A stretch of DNA of 64,000 bases. Source: Verrucomicrobiales bacterium (GTDB lineage Bacteria; Verrucomicrobiota; Verrucomicrobiia; Verrucomicrobiales; SLCJ01). The position numbers were made by a program, and so were the translations under genes. The stretch is from the NCBI GenBank assembly GCA_046075565.1, contig JBJTQJ010000119.1:1-64000 (forward strand), read 5' to 3'. The notes below the pieces were generated by a model that saw only the letters and a list, made by a program, of their open reading frames with translations, did no database searches and was not told the origin of the DNA. This document shows, piece after piece, positions 1 through 8,794 of the stretch (position 1 is the stretch's first letter; each line of letters opens with the position of its first letter).

Positions 1-141
1 ATGGATGTGCGCCTACAACCAAGAACGCCCGCACGACGCTCTCGGCAACCTCCCTCCAGCCCTCTACCGCCAACAACAAACCACAAACAATACCGCCCAA
101 AACTCTACTTTAGAATTGTCTCATTGACAGGGGAGCTTACA
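1..141 (+). mobile_element. 3' end of IS3-family insertion sequence (IS407-like): transposase OrfB C-terminus plus right terminal repeat
   Basis: Frame from nt 2 reads WMCAYNQERPHDALGNLPPALYR...NSTLELSH* (TGA 125-127). YNxxRPHxALG is the IS3 integrase-core C-terminal motif. Followed by CAGGGGAGCTTACA, ending in the canonical CA at 140-141. Too short for the ORF track. Confidence 0.85.
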
Positions 142-280
142 CCAGGTTTTTTTGCAGTTCTAAACCTTCGATAATCGTCCGCACCAGTACGTTTATGTCG
201 TGCGCTCCAGGGTCGCGTGGACCGTCAGGTCAGGCGATGCTGACGACTGTATCCGAAATGGGAGATCAATGGGTCTTGCC

Positions 281-1354
281 TCACCAGTCTTCCCCGGGTG
301 TCTCGCCGTGCGGATACATGTCGTGGTATTTGATCGCCTCGACACCGGCGGCGGCGGCCGTGCCGATGATTTGTTCGACGGTGGCGGAGCGCGGCAACTG
401 CGCGGCCGGGCGGGCCAGCCCGAGAATGAGCTGACCGTAAGTGTGGAAGTTCCCGAGGTGGCGGAGCAGGCGCAGGGAAATATCCGCCGCGTCCAGCGAA
501 GGGAAAACGAGCACGTCGGCCGCGCCATGAAGCAGGGAAGACTCGGTCTTTTTTGCCGCAATCTCAGGAACGAGCGCGGCATCGGCCTGGATTTCACCTT
601 CGATATCCATCTCGAGGGCATGGGTCGCGGCGTGTTCTTTGGCGAGCGCGGTGGCCGCTTCAACCCGGCGCGACGAGGCGCTGGGAGAGGAGCCTTTGGT
701 GCTGTGACTGAGCATGGCAATCTTGGCGCGACGACCGAGGATGTGGCGGGCCAGTTTGCCGCTTTCCACGGCAATGGCGGCCAATTGCTCGGGATCGGGT
801 TCGTCATGCAATCCGCAATCGGCGAGCACGAGCACACGCTCGTTTTCCGTTCCGCTGCCGTCAACGAGCACAACGGCGCCAAAAAGCGCGGGGACTCCCG
901 GCATGGGTTTGATCAATTGCTGCAAGGCCCGGAGCCCGATGGCCGGATGCTGCAAATTCCCGGCTACCATGGCGTCGGCTTGGCCATATTGCACCATCAT
1001 GGCCGCAAACTGGTGGGGCTTCGAAATGATGCCCCGGCCGTCTTTGATCTGCATGCCCCGGATGGCTTCCGTGCGGATGTAGCGCTGATTGAAAAGCTCC
1101 AGATCCGATGACTTGGCCGGATCGATGATATTCACGAAGGCCATGGACAGGCCGAGGTCCGCGGCGCGCGCTTTTAGTGTAGCCCGGTCGCCCAACAGAA
1201 TGGGCAGGATGGCTTCCATGCGCACAAGTTCCGCCGCCGCTTCTAGCACGCCGGGATCGTCGGCTTCCGGAAAAACAATACGTTTCGGGTGCCGGCGCAA
1301 CTTTTCCAGAAGCGCGGCAGTAAAGGCATTCGGGGCAGGATGGGGTTCCGGCAT
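281..1354 (-). CDS. pta: Phosphate acetyl/butyryltransferase (Pta-like), divergent active site
   Basis: KRIVFPEADD, GQADAMVAG, LADCG, LSHSTKGS, IEGEIQADAA motifs; start taken at MPEPHP (1354). Confidence 0.8.
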   Translation of the reverse strand: MPEPHPAPNAFTAALLEKLRRHPKRIVFPEADDPGVLEAAAELVRMEAILPILLGDRATLKARAADLGLSMAFVNIIDPAKSSDLELFNQRYIRTEAIRGMQIKDGRGIISKPHQFAAMMVQYGQADAMVAGNLQHPAIGLRALQQLIKPMPGVPALFGAVVLVDGSGTENERVLVLADCGLHDEPDPEQLAAIAVESGKLARHILGRRAKIAMLSHSTKGSSPSASSRRVEAATALAKEHAATHALEMDIEGEIQADAALVPEIAAKKTESSLLHGAADVLVFPSLDAADISLRLLRHLGNFHTYGQLILGLARPAAQLPRSATVEQIIGTAAAAGVEAIKYHDMYPHGETPGEDW

Positions 1355-1427
1355 GGATTGACTCCCAACATAAGCGGGGCCATGCTCCCAACACAAACCA
1401 AATCCGCAGTTTCCACAGGATTCCCTC

Positions 1428-2252
1428 ATGAGACCGGCCGACTACCATACCCACAACCACCTCTGCCGCCACGCCACTGGAGTGCCGCTCGACTACGCTC
1501 GTGCGGCCGCCGCAGCCGGACTCGATGAGATCGGTCTTTCCGACCACAACCCCAGCCCTGCTTTGAACGACGGCTGGCGCATGGCTATGGAAGAACTTCC
1601 CGTTTATCTCGATCTCGCCGCCGAGGCCATCGAAGCCAGCCCGGCGGAAGGAGGTCCGGTCGTCCGTCTCGGCCTCGAATGCGACTGGCTCGCCTCCGAA
1701 CGCCCGTGGCTCGAGGAGCTTTCCGCGCTCGCTCCCTGGGATTACCTCATCGGCAGCGTCCATTACATTGCGCCCGACTGGGACGTCGATAACCCGCGCT
1801 GGATCGGTCGCATCAGCGAAACCGGCGTAACCGAGACTTGGAAACTGTATTGGAAATGTTACGAGGAAGCCATCCGCAGTCGGCTTTTTGATATCATGGG
1901 GCACCCGGATCTGGTGAAAAAATTCGGCCACCGCCCGCCGGGTGATCTACGCCGCTATTACGAACCGGTCATCCATGCCCTTGCCGAAACCGGTGTCGCC
2001 ATCGAACTGAACACGGCGGGCTGGCGCAAGGACTGCAACGAGGCTTACCCGGCGCGCGAATTCCTCGAACTCGCCGCCGTCGCCGGTGTCCCATTGGTCA
2101 TTTCCTCCGATGCCCATACTCCGGAGGAAACCGGCCATCGTTTCCACGACGGCATCCGCTGGGCAAAAGAGAGTGGATTCACTCGCCTCGCCCGTTTCGC
2201 CAACCGCCACCGCACGCTCCACCCGATCACCGAGCTCGTCGCCCCTCTGTGA
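1428..2252 (+). CDS. hisK: Histidinol-phosphatase, PHP family (HisJ/HisK type)
   Basis: DYHTH..LCRHA, LSDH, GLECD, DYLIGSVH, GHPDL, ELNTAG, SSDAH PHP motifs. Confidence 0.85.
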   Translation: MRPADYHTHNHLCRHATGVPLDYARAAAAAGLDEIGLSDHNPSPALNDGWRMAMEELPVYLDLAAEAIEASPAEGGPVVRLGLECDWLASERPWLEELSALAPWDYLIGSVHYIAPDWDVDNPRWIGRISETGVTETWKLYWKCYEEAIRSRLFDIMGHPDLVKKFGHRPPGDLRRYYEPVIHALAETGVAIELNTAGWRKDCNEAYPAREFLELAAVAGVPLVISSDAHTPEETGHRFHDGIRWAKESGFTRLARFANRHRTLHPITELVAPL

Positions 2253-3121
2253 AACCCGATCTGCTCATCCCTCGCGCCGGGCGCACGCTCACCTTCGAGC
2301 GACCCCTGGTCATGGGGATCCTCAATTTAAATGACGACTCCTTTTGCGGGGATGGCACCCTCGATCAAGACGTCGCGGCCGCTCACGTCAAACAAATGCT
2401 CGCTGATGGGGCCGACATCATTGATGTCGGTGCGGAAAGCGCCCGCACCAATCGCGCCGCCATTTCTGTGGAAGAGGAAATCGCGCGCCTCGCGCCTTTT
2501 CTCGCGGCCTATCCCGCGCTGTTAGCGGACGCCCCCCGCCTCGATGAGAAACAACTCTGGCCGCCTGTTTTATCGATCAATACCTGGAGGCCGGAAGTCG
2601 TGGAAAACGTCCTGCCGCTCGGCGGCGAACTGCTCAACGACATGAGCGCGTTACCGGACGAGCGGAATGCCCGCCTCTGTGCGCGCCACGGAGCAGCCCT
2701 CTTGATCATGCACAGCGTCGGCGAACCGAAAGTCCCGCACACCCACTGCCGGTGGGAAAATATCACCGTCGAAATCAACCGCTTCTTCGGGGAAAAGCTT
2801 GCCCTCGCCACTGCCGCCGGACTCGACCCGCACGCCATCGTGCTGGACCCCGGCATCGACTTCGCCAAACAAAAGGACGACAACCTCCAGCTCCTGCGCG
2901 AATGCGGGAGCTTCGCGAAACACGAGCGCCCGATCCTTCTTCCGGTTTCACGAAAGACCGTCATCGGCGAAACCCTCGGACTCTCGAACCCCCTCGATCG
3001 CGACGCCGGCACCATCGCCTGCCTGGCGGCCGGCATGCTCCGTTTGCCCGCGCTCATCTTCCGCGTCCATAACGTCCGCGCCGCCGCCCAAGCCATCCGG
3101 GTCTTGCAGCCGGTCGTTTGA
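2249..3121 (+). CDS. folP: Dihydropteroate synthase
   Basis: VMGILNLNDDSF, GADIIDVGAESAR, LDPGIDFAK, VSRK, FRVHNV; GTGA overlap with the upstream gene. Confidence 0.92.
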   Translation: MKPDLLIPRAGRTLTFERPLVMGILNLNDDSFCGDGTLDQDVAAAHVKQMLADGADIIDVGAESARTNRAAISVEEEIARLAPFLAAYPALLADAPRLDEKQLWPPVLSINTWRPEVVENVLPLGGELLNDMSALPDERNARLCARHGAALLIMHSVGEPKVPHTHCRWENITVEINRFFGEKLALATAAGLDPHAIVLDPGIDFAKQKDDNLQLLRECGSFAKHERPILLPVSRKTVIGETLGLSNPLDRDAGTIACLAAGMLRLPALIFRVHNVRAAAQAIRVLQPVV

Positions 3122-3191
3122 GCCAAGAGGGGAAGTGGCAAGCCGGGCAAGTAAGAAGTAGAGTAAAGTGTAATAATGCTTACTTTTATTC

Positions 3192-3535
3192 TCCATCCGG
3201 AGGGACACGATCCCGCCGGGTCGTGTCCGTTGCCCGTGCGAAGGATGGGCCACATCCAACGAGCCGCGGGGTCATTTGCCAAAAAGGGGGCACGGGCATC
3301 CTGGCCGTGAATGGGGCAAGTTCCGGGCGAGGACGCCCGGACTCCCTTTTGTCGGGCGATGGGCCGTGCCGGAGGGGTTGCGGCGTCCTGCGTCGCACAA
3401 TCGCTGCCACGACAGGATTGTCGTGGCTCCGAAACCAGACGCGTCATGGGCACTTTCGGAGCAACCACAATCCTGTGGTTGCCGCCAATATTAAGTTCCC
3501 GCGCCCCGCCGGCCATTCTCCAACCGGAGGGACAC
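3192..3535. repeat. Mosaic of REP-like palindromes (GGAG-headed), BIME/REPIN-like
   Basis: GGAGGGACACGATCCCGCCGGGTCGTGTCC (3199-3228), GGGGCACGGGCATCCTGGCCGTG, TCCGGGCGAGGACGCCCGGACTCC, GCCACGACAGGATTGTCGTGGCTCC and GGAGCAACCACAATCCTGTGGTTGCC. Segment 3192-3354 recurs inverted at 52788-52952. Confidence 0.75.
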
Positions 3536-3602
3536 AGCCAGGATAATCCTGCGGATCCACTTTTTTTACTTGAATCCGCACATTTATCGGCGAGTTTCGG
3601 GC

Positions 3603-4793
3603 ATGTTGATACCTAGGGACATCGGGGCCGAATTCTTGCGGGCGGCGGCGAGTCAACCGGTGGTCACGGTGGTTGGCCCCAGGCAGTCGGGTAAAACCAC
3701 CTTGGTGCGCCAGGCGTTTCCCGACAAGCCCTATCGAAGCCTTGAAGACCCCGATATCCGGGCATTCGCATCATCCGACCCTCGCGGATTTCTCCATGGA
3801 TTGCTGGATGGTGCGATTCTGGATGAGATCCAGCGACTTCCGGATTTGCTCTCGTATTTGCAAGGAATGGTGGATGAGGATCCACGTCCCGGGCGTTTCA
3901 TTCTTACGGGATCCCAGCACTTTCTGATGATGGAAAAGGTGAGCCAATCCCTCGCTGGGAGGACGGCGATTCTCACCTTGTTGCCCTTGAGCTTGCGGGA
4001 GTTGGCCGCTGCTGGAGCGGAGGACCCCGGAATGAATTCGCTCATGCAAAAGGGATTCTATCCCCGCCTCCATGAGCGGCGACTGGATCCTTATCCCCTG
4101 CTTCGCGACTATTTCGCCACCTATGTGGAGCGTGACGTGCGGCAGCTCTTGAAAGTCCATGATCTGCTCGTCTTCGAGCGGTTTACCCGCTTGTGCGCAG
4201 GGCGGGTGGGCCAATTGTTGAATGTGAGTTCGCTCGCTTCGGATGCCGGGGTATCGGCGACCACGGCGAGGGAATGGCTCACCTTGCTTGAAGCCAGTTT
4301 TGTCTTGTTCCGCATGCCGCCATGGTTTGCCAATGTGGGCAAGAGGCTGATCAAGGCTCCGAAATTGTATTTCCACGACGTCGGCTTGGCCGCTTATCTC
4401 TGTGGCATCGAGCAACCGGAGCATCTGGTATCCCACCCCTTGCGCGGCTGTTTTTTTGAGAATCTGGTTGTAAGTGAGTTGCTGAAGACCAGGTATAACC
4501 ATGGCCGGGACAATCGCTTGATGTTCTTCCGGGATCGCGGGGGCATGGAAGTGGACGTCCTTTATCCGATAGGCCCGGAATTTCTGCCCATCGAGATCAA
4601 GGCGGGTCGGACCTTGCAAAACGAGTGGTTTTCCGGGATCAAAAAGCTGGCTGGATTATCCCCCGAATTCCGCGATCATGGTCTGGTCGTTTATGGAGGG
4701 GAGGAAGTCCAGCATCGAAGCGCAGGCACAGCGTGTGGTCTGTGGCAGCTTGCGCAAGTTCTAGCAGAGGCCGAAGCCGGGCGATTGCACTGA
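3603..4793 (+). CDS. AAA+ ATPase with C-terminal DUF4143-type nuclease-fold domain
   Basis: Walker A GPRQSGKTT, Walker B LDEIQR, FILTGS, SQSLAGR, KAPKLYFHDVGL, EVD..IEIK. Confidence 0.88.
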   Translation: MLIPRDIGAEFLRAAASQPVVTVVGPRQSGKTTLVRQAFPDKPYRSLEDPDIRAFASSDPRGFLHGLLDGAILDEIQRLPDLLSYLQGMVDEDPRPGRFILTGSQHFLMMEKVSQSLAGRTAILTLLPLSLRELAAAGAEDPGMNSLMQKGFYPRLHERRLDPYPLLRDYFATYVERDVRQLLKVHDLLVFERFTRLCAGRVGQLLNVSSLASDAGVSATTAREWLTLLEASFVLFRMPPWFANVGKRLIKAPKLYFHDVGLAAYLCGIEQPEHLVSHPLRGCFFENLVVSELLKTRYNHGRDNRLMFFRDRGGMEVDVLYPIGPEFLPIEIKAGRTLQNEWFSGIKKLAGLSPEFRDHGLVVYGGEEVQHRSAGTACGLWQLAQVLAEAEAGRLH

Positions 4794-4907
4794 TTCGTGA
4801 CCGGGCCTCTCATTCGCTAAGGAAAATCTACCCCCGCTCGAAAAAGTTAAGATCTCCGAAATATTTTTCTTGCCATCGACGTTTTCATACGCTAATCACA
4901 AACGAGA

Positions 4908-5129
4908 ATGCACGATCGGTTGATAAAGGCGGACTATTTGGAACTTCACGTGGCAACCTTGTTGCGCGAAGGCCGTAAGGAGCTGAAGCCGAACCGCCGC
5001 TTCGGCTTGGTTGGTCGTGAATCCTCGCCCATCCGCAAATATGCCCGCCGCCGCTTTCGCGAAAGTGTCATCGGAATGGTCTCCAAGGTTCAGAGACTCG
5101 ATTCCGACCGTTTGGAAGAGAACCTTTGA
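4908..5129 (+). CDS. Small basic hypothetical protein (73 aa)
   Basis: ATG ORF filling the intergenic gap, preceded by TTGCCA-N17-TAATCA (4870-4898) and followed by the hairpin GACGG-GAAA-CCGTC; no recognised domain. Confidence 0.5.
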   Translation: MHDRLIKADYLELHVATLLREGRKELKPNRRFGLVGRESSPIRKYARRRFRESVIGMVSKVQRLDSDRLEENL

Positions 5130-5202
5130 CGGGAAACCGTCCCCCTCGACGGGAAGAAGCTTGGCCTCTTAGGCCGGTTTGCCGGAGGCTATCACAACAT
5201 CC

Positions 5203-6873
5203 TCACTTCTTGCCCATCAGCTTGAGCATGGCGTTGGCCATTTCATCCCCGAGTCGGATGAAGAACCGTCCGCTGCCGTCATAATGGTAACCTTGGTTGC
5301 TGCCGTGAAGTCGCCACTGCTCATCAGCGCGTTGGGCTGCATCAGCGTTCCCGTCCGCTTGGGCCGCGTCCTTTCTGCTGCGCCAGATCGCAACCTCCGG
5401 GGTGGTTAGCGGCCAGCTCTCGATGGCCGCGACCGTGCCAGCAAGTTCGGGGGACCGTCCGGCTTCACGCTGGGCGTTGGCCACGTTGTTGGCCAGAGCT
5501 TGCTCACGGAAGGCGGGAGTTCCCAGCACGCCGATGACGAAGGGCATCTTGGGCTGCTTGACTTCCTTCCGCAGATCCTGGATGAAATGGACCATATTGC
5601 GGCTGTAGTTGCCGTAATACTCGGGGTCAAACTGGTCGTTGAAGCCCTGGAACCACACGCCTCCGGCCACTTCGAATCCGGCCTTGGGATCATAGTCCGG
5701 GTGGTATGCCTTGGGATCAGCGAGGACTTTTCGCGTGAAGGCAATCATCTCGTTCCAGTAGAATCCCGCTTCCGCACGTGTCGGCATATCACCCGGCGGG
5801 GGGACGAGTTTCCCGCGCAATTCCTTGCTCTTATCATTCAGAGCCGCGATTTTCGCCTGCGATTCGCTCTGCTGGTCTTTTGGCAACTTCGCCATTGATG
5901 TCTGCAAGCTACGCTTCTGGTTGTCGGTGGACTTGATCTCCTTCTCCATCTTCACCATTTCGGCCTCCGTGCCTCCTTCGGCGAGGTATTTGTCCCACGC
6001 CGCCTTGCGGGTTTTCCATCGTTCCAGTTGTTCTTTCTCTCCCGTGGTTGGTTGATAGGGACCGGCCGAGGGCGGACGGAAATCATAGTGCAGCGATTTG
6101 CCGCCCCACGCGGTCTTGATGATCAATACCGGTTGGTCGAGCGCTTTTTCCATCATCATCCCGAAGGCATACTCCGGCCCGAAAGCGGATGGCCTGGCTC
6201 CGTAGCCGGTGCTCAGCGGCCCGGTGGCCATACCGGGTTCGGTTGCGCGACTGACCCCGCCGTAGGCGGCGATGTAGGTGTGCTTGCCCGTCGGGATGCC
6301 CGTCCCTTTCTCCCACGCGGTCGCCACATCCAACGGACTCTTCATGGCCTTGGTGGAGGCAGCGGCTTCGAGAACTTTTTGATCTGTTAGGCCGGGAGTG
6401 AAAATGGCTGCCAGTTCCTTGTCGCGGGCCGCGCGCGCGGGATCCGTCTGACGTTTCCGGAATTCCTCGTAACTTTCCGCCCTGACCCTTTCCACTTCCT
6501 CCGTCAGCGCCTTCTGCAGCAAGTCTCCGAATTCTTTCTTGGGGAGTTGAGCGTTCGCAGGATCCTTGAGTAGCTTCTCGCGGATGATGGGTTCGGATTT
6601 GACCCGTATATCCCGTTCAAGCCATGAGGTCAATGCTTGCCATTCCTCTTTGCCCGGAACGTAAGCGGGTTTGGGAAGGTAGGCCAAAGTTGAGACCTCC
6701 GCATGCCCTTGCATGTTCGATTGGCCGGCGAGGATATAGACGAGAAGTTTTTTTCCGTTGACCGATGAATACTTGGTTCCTTGGGCGGTCGCGAGTGGCG
6801 CGGCTTGGGCCAAAATCAAGACGGCTGCGGTGGCAACCGACACGATGTGCAATGATTTCCGGAAGATTTTCAT
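5203..6873 (-). CDS. Secreted sialate O-acetylesterase-like SGNH hydrolase (SASA/DUF303)
   Basis: Signal peptide; YILAGQSNMQG, FGPEYAFG, IIKTAWGGKSL, VWFQGFND, SNQGYHY; long charged helical insertions. Confidence 0.85.
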   Translation of the reverse strand: MKIFRKSLHIVSVATAAVLILAQAAPLATAQGTKYSSVNGKKLLVYILAGQSNMQGHAEVSTLAYLPKPAYVPGKEEWQALTSWLERDIRVKSEPIIREKLLKDPANAQLPKKEFGDLLQKALTEEVERVRAESYEEFRKRQTDPARAARDKELAAIFTPGLTDQKVLEAAASTKAMKSPLDVATAWEKGTGIPTGKHTYIAAYGGVSRATEPGMATGPLSTGYGARPSAFGPEYAFGMMMEKALDQPVLIIKTAWGGKSLHYDFRPPSAGPYQPTTGEKEQLERWKTRKAAWDKYLAEGGTEAEMVKMEKEIKSTDNQKRSLQTSMAKLPKDQQSESQAKIAALNDKSKELRGKLVPPPGDMPTRAEAGFYWNEMIAFTRKVLADPKAYHPDYDPKAGFEVAGGVWFQGFNDQFDPEYYGNYSRNMVHFIQDLRKEVKQPKMPFVIGVLGTPAFREQALANNVANAQREAGRSPELAGTVAAIESWPLTTPEVAIWRSRKDAAQADGNADAAQRADEQWRLHGSNQGYHYDGSGRFFIRLGDEMANAMLKLMGKK

Positions 6874-7012
6874 GGGAATGATGGGATGGATGCGAGGTGG
6901 AGATACGCCTCCACCCGCCGATCCATTTCAGGCAGCATGCGGAAGCAGCCCGAACACCCGTGGTCCTTCTGAAAGCCACATGCCTCGGGACGAAAAGTGT
7001 TAGAAATGCGGT

Positions 7013-8371
7013 TTAATCCATCGCCTTGGCGAGCGAACCCCGGCAGCGCCAGCGGATAAAGAGCCAGGCGAGCAGCCCTGTTGTTAGAAACCACGGCGTC
7101 CACCAGCGGGCGGAGGCGGCGAAGACTTCGAGCGTGCGGTCCGCGTCGGGAGCGGAAGCGGGAAGGGTGCGGTCGAGCCAGGCGCTGAGGCCTCCATAGG
7201 CGAGCGTGATGCCTCCATAGGCGAGGTTCATGGTAAGGCCGCGGAAGCTGAGCACGGTCGCGCGTTTTTCCGATGGGGTGATCGGGTTGAGGAAATGGGT
7301 GAGGAAATAATGCATCAGCCGCATGGCGAGCCAGAAAGGCGCGATGAGCAGCAATCCGAACCACGGAATGGGAAAGGCGAATCCAAGACAACCCATGAAG
7401 GTGAGCACTGCCACGAAGGCGAAGGCTTGTCCGGCATTGGCACGCCGCAACACGGCCGCGCCAATGGCCGCACTGGCAATGCCGGTGAGAGCGGCCGCTG
7501 CTCCCACGAATCCGAAGAAAGCGTCCGGAATGCCGATGAGCCGGTAGAATGGACTCGCCACGGTGTAGAAGAGACGAATCAGACTGTCGAAGAACAATCC
7601 GATGACAAGCAACGAGAGCGCGGCGGGTGTGCGCCAGATCCAAGATGAGGCCTCGCGGATGCCGCGCCAGGTGGCGGCGGTTTTTTCCCGCCATGGTCCG
7701 GGAGGAGGAGGCGGCGCGGCATCACGCAAGCGATAAGCAATGGCGAGGGCGCCGAGTCCGGTGAGCAGGGTGAGCAAGACCGGAAGGCGCAGGGTGAGCG
7801 ACTTGGCCGGTTCCCAGACGATGCCGAACCACGAGGCCGCGCGCGTCAGAGTTGCGGGATCGTAAAGCAACGCCCCGAGGATGGAGGAAATAACAAATCC
7901 GATCGACTGCCATTTGATCAACCCGGCATTGATATCCCGCCAGGCGGATTCTTTTCCTTCCGCTGGCAACGAATCATAGACGAGCGCTTCATCCGCGCCG
8001 CTGGCCATGGCCTCGGCCGTGCCGCTGAGCACGCGGTTGAGCAAGAAAAGCGGGAAAGTCCAGACGCTGTGCGCGGGGGTGAAAACGAGCACGAGCATTT
8101 CCGCGACCATGAGCCAGCCCGATAGGACGACGAGGCGTTGGCGACCGATGAGATCGGCGAGCGCGCCGGATGGCACCTCGAGCAACACGATGGTGGCGGC
8201 CCAGACCGCGTTGAGCACGGCAAATTGTTCGACCGTGAGCCCGAGGTCTAGGAAAAAGACCGCGTAAACCGGGTAGTAGAACCGGCAATTGAAGAGAATG
8301 CGGAACCAGACGAAGGCGCGTGCGTTGGCGGCAGCCAAAGGGGGCAGAGAGGACGGCGCGGCGGAACTCAT
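7013..8371 (-). CDS. MFS transporter
   Basis: Multiple TM helices; LEVPSGALADLIGR (motif A), SGADEALVYDSL, RATVLS. Confidence 0.9.
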   Translation of the reverse strand: MSSAAPSSLPPLAAANARAFVWFRILFNCRFYYPVYAVFFLDLGLTVEQFAVLNAVWAATIVLLEVPSGALADLIGRQRLVVLSGWLMVAEMLVLVFTPAHSVWTFPLFLLNRVLSGTAEAMASGADEALVYDSLPAEGKESAWRDINAGLIKWQSIGFVISSILGALLYDPATLTRAASWFGIVWEPAKSLTLRLPVLLTLLTGLGALAIAYRLRDAAPPPPPGPWREKTAATWRGIREASSWIWRTPAALSLLVIGLFFDSLIRLFYTVASPFYRLIGIPDAFFGFVGAAAALTGIASAAIGAAVLRRANAGQAFAFVAVLTFMGCLGFAFPIPWFGLLLIAPFWLAMRLMHYFLTHFLNPITPSEKRATVLSFRGLTMNLAYGGITLAYGGLSAWLDRTLPASAPDADRTLEVFAASARWWTPWFLTTGLLAWLFIRWRCRGSLAKAMD

Positions 8372-8381
8372 GCGCGCGGCC

Positions 8382-8759
8382 TCACTCGGCTGGCCCGGTC
8401 TTTTTCAGCACGCGCGCATTGATAAACGAACGCACCGCCGCGACTAGGAAAACCGTGCAGATCAACCCGGTGCCGAGCTGGGTATAAACCGCGCGCGGAC
8501 GCTCCATGGCTTGCCCATCCGCGGCCTTCACGAGTTTGGGCACGGCCATGCCGAGGGTGCTTGCGCCGATGAGGGCGACCAGTGCCGCCACGTGCATGGC
8601 GTGTTTGTTGCGCGCGGGAGTGGTCGCGAAAGCGGCACAGAGCAGGAAGGGAATGCCGATCCAAGTCGGGATCAAGGAACTTGGCGCCCGGCTGATCAGG
8701 AACATGATGACGCCGAGGAGAATGAGGAGAATGCCGGTGCTGAGACAGAGTTTACGCAT
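8382..8759 (-). CDS. Small membrane protein (about 4 TM), unknown function
   Basis: Four hydrophobic segments; KHAMHVAA and VRSFINAR; co-oriented with neighbours. Confidence 0.75.
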   Translation of the reverse strand: MRKLCLSTGILLILLGVIMFLISRAPSSLIPTWIGIPFLLCAAFATTPARNKHAMHVAALVALIGASTLGMAVPKLVKAADGQAMERPRAVYTQLGTGLICTVFLVAAVRSFINARVLKKTGPAE

Positions 8760-8794
8760 AGGAGTTGGGGTGGGTGGTGTGAAATGTCGGGTGG

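Noticed and set aside
3118-3656. Several short ORFs, similar to ORFs at 52371-53186
   Set aside because: They are translations of the non-coding REP-like repeat; the similarity is at the DNA palindrome level.
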